From Cyanobacteria bacterium auto_48_18 (GTDB lineage: Bacteria; Cyanobacteriota; Vampirovibrionia; Obscuribacterales; Obscuribacteraceae): a stretch of DNA of 64,000 nucleotides. Made by a program: the position numbers and the translations under genes. The notes under the pieces are model-generated. The model searched no databases. It saw nothing but the letters and a program-made list of their open reading frames with translations, and was not told the origin of the DNA. Below are positions 56,176 through 64,000 of this stretch, in pieces (the first letter of the stretch is position 1; each line of letters begins with the position of its first letter). The stretch covers positions 96,001 to 160,000 of the forward strand of contig JAVHQC010000036.1 in NCBI GenBank assembly GCA_036170915.1. Reading direction: 5' to 3'.

Positions 56176-57531
56176 ATGACTTACGGCAACAACGAGCAAG
56201 AAGATAACGACAATATCGAAATCAACCGCATGGATGATGACCTAGATTATCTCTATGGCGAAAGACCAGAGCGTCCGATTTATGCGTCGCGCTCAAGTCT
56301 GAGTGCCGAACCCTTGCCTGAGCGCTATGAAGCCAGAAGTAGAGACGATCAAAGTTTCAGCAACAATGCCGAATTCACATTGCTCGACAAAGAGTGCCAG
56401 CTAGAAACGCAATCTGGTTTTATGCTTGTATTTAAAGGAGCAAAAGACAAAGCTACTTTATCGGTCAGACGAAAAGTCGGAACTCCGCCATCAACAGCAG
56501 TGGCACTGACACCAGATGAACTGCGCAGACTAGCCAATTTAGTCGGCGAACTGTCACCTGAGCCGTCGTCAAGACAGAGAGTAGGCGTGGGTTCTGAGCG
56601 TCCACCGGCAGAATCTGAATTTGACTCATTTGTTGAAAGAGAATATCCCGAGTTAGCTCAGCGCCGCAGAGTCAAAAAAGCTTTTCCCGTGAGCTTACCT
56701 GAAGCACTATTCGAACTGGTAACCGAGAAAAAACTTTTACTCGGTGCTGCTGCATTTGCAGTGCTGGTGCTAGCCGCCGGTATCACTACATATGTACTTT
56801 CGTCGAAGCCACATACAGCGGCAACCACCGCTGCAGCAACCGCAACCGAATCTGGTGCCTCCGGAACTCTGGCTTTAGAAGAAACCGCTCGCACTTTTGT
56901 CATGGACATGCTTAATTTCCGCAAAGGCAGCTACAGGCAGGCGCAAATTCGCGCCATGGCGATGATGACTCCTGAGCTTGCCGATCGCTATTGGACTGAG
57001 ACTCATTTTCCACTGACTAAAGTTCAGCTGAAGGCCATGCCTCAAGATCAGGAAGTGCGCATTGAATCAATCACTCCTGTAACCCTTGCTGTGGGCAGCT
57101 ATCAAGTTGACGTGCAGGGTAACTTGATTGGTGCTTCAGGCACACCTCCGACACCGATTATCATTCGCCTTTCAATTGTGAAAGACGCAACTGGCAAATT
57201 GCTCGTAAGCGAACAGAAAGACATAACTAATGGTACTGGTGAAACTGCTTCTGCAGATACGCCTGCCACCTCGGCGGCAGAGCCTGCCCCGGCCATAGCA
57301 CCGTCTATAGCACCACCTGCTGTCGCTAATGTAGCCCCGGCTGTCGCTCCAGCACCTGTTGCTGTAGCCGCTCCACCTGTGGCACCGGCCGCCATTCCCA
57401 CAGCTTCAGCACCTGCCGCTGCCGTCGCTACTGCGCCGACAGCGCAGCCTGCAGAACCAGAAGGCGCGCCTGCTCCTGGCACTAGTACTGGTGCTAGTAC
57501 TGGTACTAATGCTGGTGGCAGTCAAGAATAG
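56176..57531 (+). CDS. Bitopic membrane protein with possible VirB8/NTF2-like domain and Ala/Pro-rich tail
   Basis: GGAG SD; single TM; ARTFVMDMLNF...SY...AMAMMTPELA; low-complexity C-terminus. Confidence 0.65.
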   Translation: MTYGNNEQEDNDNIEINRMDDDLDYLYGERPERPIYASRSSLSAEPLPERYEARSRDDQSFSNNAEFTLLDKECQLETQSGFMLVFKGAKDKATLSVRRKVGTPPSTAVALTPDELRRLANLVGELSPEPSSRQRVGVGSERPPAESEFDSFVEREYPELAQRRRVKKAFPVSLPEALFELVTEKKLLLGAAAFAVLVLAAGITTYVLSSKPHTAATTAAATATESGASGTLALEETARTFVMDMLNFRKGSYRQAQIRAMAMMTPELADRYWTETHFPLTKVQLKAMPQDQEVRIESITPVTLAVGSYQVDVQGNLIGASGTPPTPIIIRLSIVKDATGKLLVSEQKDITNGTGETASADTPATSAAEPAPAIAPSIAPPAVANVAPAVAPAPVAVAAPPVAPAAIPTASAPAAAVATAPTAQPAEPEGAPAPGTSTGASTGTNAGGSQE

Positions 57532-59153
57532 CCTCTCTGAATCAATGGCTTAATTGCTTTGATCCATCTATTTGATGGATCGCGTTTTGACCATAGTTTT
57601 GTGCGTCGCAATGCCAGTTTGTTGCGAGGGTCAGCGCGAAGTAGCGCATAGAGCATCTCCGGCTCTAATTCGGCGTGATCTTTCCACCGACTATAAGCTA
57701 ATTCAGCCTTAGCAATTGTTTCTGGATCTGGTGCACGTATGAGCAGCCGCATCAAAATCCACAATAGACTATGACTGTCATAGAGTTCTTTCGCCATAGC
57801 AATACTGTTTTCGTCAGGTCTAACGCTGACCAGAGCACCAATCAAACGTGCCATATTGCTTGTCACTGGTTTCGTAGCTAGTAATCGCCGTGCTTCGTTG
57901 ACAGCGTATTCATCAACGTTGGCTCGTCCCCAATAGGAGAGATCTAGTATATTTGAGATTATAAAATACGAACGTTCACTGGTTAAGTGCGTCGTGTACC
58001 ATTTTTTCGCTGAGTTAATATCTGTCTTTGATGCTGTGGCGGAAAGCACCGCTGCATAAACTTTACCCGCACCTTCGTGTTCTGGATTGGCCTTCAACCA
58101 AGCTCTGGAAAAACGGAGAACACTTGGAAGGATGGCTCGATGATATCTTGCTGCGGCTGAAATGGCACTGTCAAGCGTAGATGACAAATATTTGGATGTC
58201 TGGCCCCCTGAGCGCATCCAATCAAATGTCGCCTCTATGACTTCCGGTGACCTGGTTAAGTAGATATGCGTATTGAAAAGTTGTGAATCATCGACATTTA
58301 ACTGCAACCATCGTGCCGCTAAGTTCTCGCTTTGCTGTCTCACGTGCCTGGATGTACTGAGAAGGGCGTCTCTCCATCCTTCGTCGTGCGGATATTTTTC
58401 TAGAAGATCAGCAATTTTTTTCTGCAGTCCGGCGTGGCGTGGGCCTTCAATAAGCGCTCTGATAATTGGACGGGCCTGTGAAACATTAGCGGAACCTTTG
58501 AGATACTTGCCGGCTAATCGAATAATTTTTGGGGAACGTGCAGCTTTAAGGAGTTCACCTATAACAGCCGCGCTGGAGTCATGTTGAGGATATCGGTCAA
58601 GCCAAGCTTCTCCCAAAGTAATAAGACCAGGTGTCGACTTTATTGCCAGGAGCCTGGCAATAGCCTCTCCGGCAGCTTCATCTGTTCCATTCTTCCTTAA
58701 CCATATTCGCCCATTTTTAATCAATTCGTTATCGTCTTCAGCTTCAAATACCAAATTAGACCACTCTTCCTCTAAGGCAGAAGGCTGTCTTTTTTTACAT
58801 TCGCAATCGGTGTGATCGTCAGGTGGGTCTTGTTCATCAGAATTGCCACCACGAGTATTTCGATCTGAAGATTCGTCAATAATCTCTTCGCATTGATTCA
58901 AGCAAATTTTGCAAATTCGAACTCCTTTTGTGTGTATCAATTTTGACTCAAAGACCGGCTGATTCGCTGCACAGAATGAGCAATTCCCCTCCGCTTCGAG
59001 TTTAGTAGAGACATTCTCAGTGCCAGTCGGAGTAAGCCGAGCCACACACAAATTGCAGATGTAGGCTTTTGGTCCTGCAATCAGCAAATCAACCTGGCAA
59101 TCAGTCTTACCGCACCACCCGCATTTCAATTCGAAGAACTCCGGTTCGCACAA
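57522..59153 (-). CDS. Protein with two ClpX-type C4 Zn fingers and helical repeats
   Basis: CGWCGK...LLIAGPKAYICNLCV and CSFC...ICKICLNQC. Confidence 0.75.
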   Translation of the reverse strand: MCEPEFFELKCGWCGKTDCQVDLLIAGPKAYICNLCVARLTPTGTENVSTKLEAEGNCSFCAANQPVFESKLIHTKGVRICKICLNQCEEIIDESSDRNTRGGNSDEQDPPDDHTDCECKKRQPSALEEEWSNLVFEAEDDNELIKNGRIWLRKNGTDEAAGEAIARLLAIKSTPGLITLGEAWLDRYPQHDSSAAVIGELLKAARSPKIIRLAGKYLKGSANVSQARPIIRALIEGPRHAGLQKKIADLLEKYPHDEGWRDALLSTSRHVRQQSENLAARWLQLNVDDSQLFNTHIYLTRSPEVIEATFDWMRSGGQTSKYLSSTLDSAISAAARYHRAILPSVLRFSRAWLKANPEHEGAGKVYAAVLSATASKTDINSAKKWYTTHLTSERSYFIISNILDLSYWGRANVDEYAVNEARRLLATKPVTSNMARLIGALVSVRPDENSIAMAKELYDSHSLLWILMRLLIRAPDPETIAKAELAYSRWKDHAELEPEMLYALLRADPRNKLALRRTKLWSKRDPSNRWIKAIKPLIQRGYS

Positions 59154-59282
59154 TTAGGTCTAAATATGTCAGTACAGATACAAACATAGCATCGAGTCAT
59201 TCAGAATTTTGTTTACAAGGCCAGTTATCGTCTGAGGATTGCTTCCTTAAATCCTCAGAAAAACAACCAAGCCTGGCAAGGC

Positions 59283-59633
59283 TCAGTCTTCCGGATGCAT
59301 CGTCTTATGATCTTGAAAATCTACGAAATCACTTATTCCAATAAACATACCTTTTTTAAAATCAAACTGGGTTTTTCTTCCGACTACCAATACCTGGCGC
59401 CAGATTATGCCGGCGGGTATTTTACGGGCCTCCATTACCTGACCCTGCATCATGTCCGCCGTGAAAACCGTTCCCGCCGGAATGTCTTTAGTCGCGGTGA
59501 AAACCAAACGTATAGCAGTGCATTGATGCAGTTGAGTAGAAATTTTTGGTCTAAACCCTTGCATGCACAGCAATGTGCATAGGCAACTGAACGCGCCAAT
59601 AGCTCCGGACTTTAGATCTTGTTTGCTAACCAC
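59283..59633 (-). CDS. SAF-domain protein
   Basis: ATKDIPAGTVFTADM...VVGRKTQFDFKKG; start uncertain. Confidence 0.6.
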   Translation of the reverse strand: MVSKQDLKSGAIGAFSCLCTLLCMQGFRPKISTQLHQCTAIRLVFTATKDIPAGTVFTADMMQGQVMEARKIPAGIIWRQVLVVGRKTQFDFKKGMFIGISDFVDFQDHKTMHPED

Positions 59634-59644
59634 GCATGTTTCAC

Positions 59645-60055
59645 CTATGGCAGTTGGAGGCCGAAGTCCGAGAGCTTGGCCTGCTGATTTTTCTTCAGGT
59701 CTCGCATAGCTATTCTCCTCACAATTATCCAATTGTGAGACACCCGTTGTTCTGAAGACAATTTGCGATCGACAGCTTGTTCTTCGAGCATTGAGTGTTT
59801 TATCTTGGTACCACGCTTAATGTCTTTAGTATAAAAAACTGCTGAGACCTGCCGGTGATCAAAAGCATTAAGGTCGCTTTCAGCACTAAACTTCTGTGCT
59901 TCTACGTCATTAGCCCTTCGTTGAGCATCCAGGCTTGTAAAACAAAAAGCGGTAACAGCAGCACCTATCGTTGCAGCGAGCATTTTCCTGCCGGAATTTT
60001 CGAAGAAACTAGTGCCTTGAGTTTTAGACAATTTAGCCTTCAGCCTTTGCTGCAA
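59645..60055 (-). CDS. SAF-domain protein with N-terminal TM
   Basis: YTKDIKRGTKIKHSML...RIAMRDLKKNQ. Confidence 0.6.
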   Translation of the reverse strand: MQQRLKAKLSKTQGTSFFENSGRKMLAATIGAAVTAFCFTSLDAQRRANDVEAQKFSAESDLNAFDHRQVSAVFYTKDIKRGTKIKHSMLEEQAVDRKLSSEQRVSHNWIIVRRIAMRDLKKNQQAKLSDFGLQLP

Positions 60056-60476
60056 AAAACTTCTTCCGCACTAGAAAAGCAATAACTAAACCAAGCACGG
60101 CACCACAAGTATCAACACCAGCGTCATAAATACTAGAACTTCTGCCCACAACAAATGACTGGTGCCATTCGTCAGAAAGGGCGTAAAGAACGGCAAAACC
60201 CAGGGCAAGCAAATTTGTTCTCCAACTCAGTTTCAAGACCTGATCTTGAATTGCATCAGCCGCCAGTGCCCGTTGTACCAGTATCGCCAGTAGTGCAAAT
60301 TCAAGCATGTGAGCAAGTTTGCGCACCGGTACATTGGCGTCTTGCAGATAGGTCTCAGTCACCGCACCCGAATTTGCCTGATGCGAAAAAGCAAAAATCA
60401 CAATCATCCAGGCCATGGCAAGAACCCAGTATGTAGCTTTACTTCCGCCTTGAGACGCTGTGGTTATCTTTAACAT
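60033..60476 (-). CDS. VanZ-family membrane protein
   Basis: WMIVIFAFS, VRKLAHMLEF, YALSDEWHQSFVVGR and D...D. Confidence 0.85.
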   Translation of the reverse strand: MLKITTASQGGSKATYWVLAMAWMIVIFAFSHQANSGAVTETYLQDANVPVRKLAHMLEFALLAILVQRALAADAIQDQVLKLSWRTNLLALGFAVLYALSDEWHQSFVVGRSSSIYDAGVDTCGAVLGLVIAFLVRKKFFAAKAEG

Positions 60477-61029
60477 GAAATCTCCACAACCGGTCAGCCG
60501 CTTTAGTGATACCAATACGAGTAGAAATTTCCACTTCTCTATCTTTGATGGTACGACCAGATTTGATATAAAGCTCCTGCTTGGCATCAAAAAGAGGAAT
60601 GCCGTTAAACTCGCGGTCAATGCCAAGATAGCGGCAAAGTTTTCCCGGACCATTGGTTTTACTTTCACGAACGCTGGGAGCGCTGTCATCAATTGCCCGA
60701 ATAAGCACTGCTCCGGCAATTCCATCAGACTCGGTCACCACATTTAAGCAGTGATACATGCCGTAGATGAAATATACATAGGCAAAGCCCGGCGGGCCAA
60801 ACATCACTTCGCAACGTTGTTTTCTACCGCCGAATGCATGACAAGCTGGGTCGTCAGCTGTATATGCTTCCACCTCGACAATGGCTCCTGAAAATACTCG
60901 ACCATCAGCGAAGCGGCGCACCAGTGTCTGTCCGAGCAGAGCTCTGGCCACTTCCACCGTTGGTCTATCGTAAAAAGAGCTTGGCAAGCACTCTTGCCTT
61001 GATTTATCTGGTCTATATGCAATCGACAT
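60439..61029 (-). CDS. mpg: DNA-3-methyladenine glycosylase (AAG/MPG)
   Basis: VARALLG, IVEVEAY...DPACHA, YVYFIYGMY, AVLIRA and NGPGKLC. Confidence 0.92.
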   Translation of the reverse strand: MSIAYRPDKSRQECLPSSFYDRPTVEVARALLGQTLVRRFADGRVFSGAIVEVEAYTADDPACHAFGGRKQRCEVMFGPPGFAYVYFIYGMYHCLNVVTESDGIAGAVLIRAIDDSAPSVRESKTNGPGKLCRYLGIDREFNGIPLFDAKQELYIKSGRTIKDREVEISTRIGITKAADRLWRFHVKDNHSVSRRK

Positions 61030-61130
61030 CCAATAATAATAACCTGCCACAAAGCTGCACAAAGACTCAAATCTAATGCCCAAACGACGTAAATACAGGA
61101 CAATTGATTATCATCAAAAAGGGTTCGAAT

Positions 61131-63038
61131 ATGTGCGGCATTGTCGGATATCTCAATTTAAGCGGTGAGCCCCTCACCGAACGCGAAAACCATCTGGGGG
61201 CCATGTGTCATAGCATTGCCCACCGAGGCCCTGATGAAGAAGGCATGAAACTGGTTGGCGCCGCTGCCATTGGCATGACGCGCCTGGCCATTATTGATGT
61301 GTCCGGCGGTCAGCAACCAATCACCAACGAAGACGGCACCATCTGGATTGTTTTCAATGGCGAAATCTACAACTATCAAGAGCTGCAAGAGCGCGTGCGC
61401 TCACTTGGCCACACGCTTGTAACCAAGTCAGATACTGAATGCATCGTTCACCTTTACGAAGAATATGGCACCGGTTGCCTTGATTATCTCGAAGGCATGT
61501 TTTCTTTTGCCATTTACGACACGCGCAAAGAAAGGCTATTCATCGCCCGGGACAGACTGGGTGAGAAGCCGCTGCACTATGGTGTCTTCGGCGGCACGTT
61601 TATTTTCGGCTCTGAAATTAAGGGTATCCTCGCTCATCCAAAAGCCACACGTGAACTGGATAGCCTGGCGATGCAAAAATATTTGAGCCTTGAGTATGTA
61701 CCCAGTCCACATTCAATTTTTAAAGGCATAAGCAAATTACCTCCTGCCCATTTCCTTCTCGTAGAACGTGGCCAGGTCCAGGTTGAGCGTTACTGGTTGC
61801 CTGATATCAAAACTGAAAAAATTTCAGAAGAAGAGGCACAAGAAGAACTGGTGCGTTTACTCAAACGCTCTATCGAACTGCGCCTAATTTCTGAAGTGCC
61901 GCTTGGAGTCTTCCTCTCCGGAGGCATTGATTCATCTTGTATCGCTGCGCTGGCCAGTCAATTTTCTAGTAAACCAGTGAAGACATTCTCGATAGGCTTC
62001 AACGACAAATCATTCGATGAGTCGTCTCACGCACTGGCAGTGGCTAAACACATCGGTGCTGATCACGAAGTCGCCACTTTTTCGCCTGAGCTAGGCTTTG
62101 AAACTCTTTCACAGCTGTGGGAGATTCTCGACGAGCCTTTGGCTGATGCCTCCATTGTGCCTACCTATTCGCTGTCAAAAATGACTCGCAAACATGTCAC
62201 CGTAGCTCTGGCCGGAGAAGGGGGCGATGAGCTTTTTGGCGGTTATCCTACTTATCAGGCACACAAGTTCGCCCCCATGTGGGGTCTGATGCCCGCCGCC
62301 CTGCGTCACGGCTTACTTGAGCCTGCCTTCAACAGCTTGCCCGTTAATATGAATAACATCAGCTTTGACTTCAAAGTGAAGCGCTTTATTGGCGCTGCTG
62401 CTGAGCCAGCCGTGCGCCGCCATCTGAGATGGATGGGTGCTATTCGCATGGCTGACCAACCGCAACTATTAATGCCTGAGCACCAGATTCTCACCGAAAC
62501 CATGGAAGAGCGCATTCTTGGCGACTTGCCCCTGGTGCATCTAAACGGTCACAGCCCACGGGGAAGCGTGCACGATGTAATCAACAACATCATGCGCCTT
62601 GACATGACTACCTACTTACCTGATGACTTGCTGGTTAAATCTGATCGGGCTTCTATGGCAGCTTCTCTAGAGGTGCGCCTGCCGTTTCTGGCCTACCCTC
62701 TGGTGGAATTTGCCCTGAAACTGCCGCCAGAGCTTAAAGTTCACGGTCTGACGACAAAATATTTATTGAAGAAGGCCGTGGCGCCCTACCTACCTGAGTA
62801 CATTTTGAAGCGGCCAAAGAAAGGTTTTGGCATACCAGTGGGCAAATGGCTGCGGAATGAGTTCCGCCCCGTGGTAGATGAATTATTAGGGGAATCATTT
62901 ATTCGCCGGCAGGGAATCTTCCAGTGGCCATATATCAATCGCCTGGTTGAAGAACACATGAGCCAAAAAGCCGATCGACGCAAAGAATTGTGGACCCTGT
63001 TGATGTTCCAGTGGTGGTGGAAGAAATTCTTCGTTTAA
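61131..63038 (+). CDS. asnB: Asparagine synthase (glutamine-hydrolysing)-like amidotransferase
   Basis: MCGIVG, HRGPD, RLAIID, FNGEIYN, LSGGIDSS, GEGGDELFGGY and DRASMAASLEVRLPF. Confidence 0.92.
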   Translation: MCGIVGYLNLSGEPLTERENHLGAMCHSIAHRGPDEEGMKLVGAAAIGMTRLAIIDVSGGQQPITNEDGTIWIVFNGEIYNYQELQERVRSLGHTLVTKSDTECIVHLYEEYGTGCLDYLEGMFSFAIYDTRKERLFIARDRLGEKPLHYGVFGGTFIFGSEIKGILAHPKATRELDSLAMQKYLSLEYVPSPHSIFKGISKLPPAHFLLVERGQVQVERYWLPDIKTEKISEEEAQEELVRLLKRSIELRLISEVPLGVFLSGGIDSSCIAALASQFSSKPVKTFSIGFNDKSFDESSHALAVAKHIGADHEVATFSPELGFETLSQLWEILDEPLADASIVPTYSLSKMTRKHVTVALAGEGGDELFGGYPTYQAHKFAPMWGLMPAALRHGLLEPAFNSLPVNMNNISFDFKVKRFIGAAAEPAVRRHLRWMGAIRMADQPQLLMPEHQILTETMEERILGDLPLVHLNGHSPRGSVHDVINNIMRLDMTTYLPDDLLVKSDRASMAASLEVRLPFLAYPLVEFALKLPPELKVHGLTTKYLLKKAVAPYLPEYILKRPKKGFGIPVGKWLRNEFRPVVDELLGESFIRRQGIFQWPYINRLVEEHMSQKADRRKELWTLLMFQWWWKKFFV

Positions 63039-63065
63039 ATACAAGCGCCTGAGATAAGTGTTTTA

Positions 63066-64000
63066 GTGGAAACCGAAAGCAGACTAGCCGAACAAGCACC
63101 CAAGGAAGAATTCCTGGATGCTGTGCAGCGCCATATCTGCCAGGTATTGGGTTTTGACTTTGGTTTTATTGACCTGGTCAGTGGCCATGAGATTCACAAC
63201 GTCATCACATTTTCGGGCGACGACAGTGACGAAGAGGCGCGCAAATCAGTTCGCAATCTCAATGACGAAAACAAGCAACCGCTGGCGGTGGCAAACTCTC
63301 TTGTGGCTCAAAAAGTCAAATCGACTTTGCGTCCATGGCTCGGCCGAGCCTTCTCTACCACCGACGGAGAAACTCAAGAATTCCCCTATGCCATAGTGCC
63401 TGTGATGGCCGATGCGTCTCAAAAGGCTGGTGAAGTGCGTGGTTTGATTCGCGTCATATCCTTTGACTCTTCAAGAGAAGTTTCTACTCAAGATTTACAA
63501 ACTCTTCGTCTAATGGGAGAACACCTCGCCAACCGTACACAGTTGTTTTTCCAGGCAGGCAATGATGATAGAGAAAAGATTTCGCATCCCACTGCCAGCA
63601 AAGCCGAACAGTTAGACGTAGACCACGTGCTCATTTTGCACTCAAACCGTGTTGTTAGACGTCGTTTCTCGCGCACACTGGGTGAAAAATACAGAGTGCT
63701 CGAATCTGACTCAGAAGAAAAATCGCTGCAGATTTTGTCTGAAAGCAGAGTCGATTTGATTATTGTGGACAGCAATATTTCGGGCTCCACCGGATTTGGT
63801 TTCTGCAAAGTCATTAAAGAATCTACCGAGTTCAAACATATTCCAGTCATTATCGTCACTCCCGACACTAATCCCTCTGCCCGAGTAGAAGGCCTGGTTG
63901 TTGGGGCCGACGACTGCTTGACCGATTCTTGTTTTGATTCAGAATTGATGGCCAGAGTGCAGTCTTCACTGCGGCACCGCAAAATTGAAAAAGAGCTGGC
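63066..64000 (+). CDS. GAF-like + atypical receiver-domain signalling protein, truncated by the window end
   Basis: Manual translation from GTG 63066 is open to 64000: ...DLIIVDSNISGSTGFGFCKVIK...HIPVIIVT...GLVVGADDCL...ELMARVQSSLR; not in the supplied ORF track. Confidence 0.8.
   Translation, partial: METESRLAEQAPKEEFLDAVQRHICQVLGFDFGFIDLVSGHEIHNVITFSGDDSDEEARKSVRNLNDENKQPLAVANSLVAQKVKSTLRPWLGRAFSTTDGETQEFPYAIVPVMADASQKAGEVRGLIRVISFDSSREVSTQDLQTLRLMGEHLANRTQLFFQAGNDDREKISHPTASKAEQLDVDHVLILHSNRVVRRRFSRTLGEKYRVLESDSEEKSLQILSESRVDLIIVDSNISGSTGFGFCKVIKESTEFKHIPVIIVTPDTNPSARVEGLVVGADDCLTDSCFDSELMARVQSSLRHRKIEKEL

Noticed and set aside
60477..60725. Long N-terminal extension of the VanZ ORF
   Set aside because: Overlaps mpg in another frame; the ATG at 60476 has an SD and gives a normal VanZ length
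61120..61132. GGTTCGAAT tRNA T-loop-like motif
   Set aside because: No cloverleaf; it is the spacer just before the asnB start
63118..63982. ORFs 63118-63396 (+) and 63488-63982 (-)
   Set aside because: Out-of-frame or antisense to the GAF-REC gene starting at 63066

Overview
Gene-dense bacterial chromosomal window of about 56 CDS. I found no tRNA, rRNA, CRISPR array, transposase or integrase. Housekeeping genes include rplJ-rplL (with an L10-leader/attenuator), glyS, uvrB, rpoD/sigA, tatA, kdsD, dacB, an asnB-like amidotransferase, mpg, bdhA and a UbiA/MqnP-like prenyltransferase. These are interspersed with many secreted TPR, SAF and hypothetical proteins. KdsD and TolC point to a diderm organism, and the gene style suggests non-photosynthetic Cyanobacteriota (Vampirovibrionia/Obscuribacterales-like); that taxonomy is my inference and is unverified. 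Most notable: (1) a copper/metal locus with an unannotated leader-like reading frame ending LYLLKRSLLI, a secreted 6x-CC metallothionein-like protein, a TolC-like protein and a Met/His-rich two-domain multicopper oxidase, with no RND/MFP partner; (2) a probable c-di-GMP receptor set of two stand-alone MshEN-repeat proteins and two catalytically degenerate GGDEF proteins that keep the RxxD site; (3) a signal-less protein with degenerate amidase- and lysozyme-like segments plus an intact tape-measure-type lytic transglycosylase; (4) a tandem ClpX-type Zn-finger protein with helical repeats; (5) candidate structured RNAs in intergenic regions. All family assignments come from motif recognition by eye; no database searches were run.
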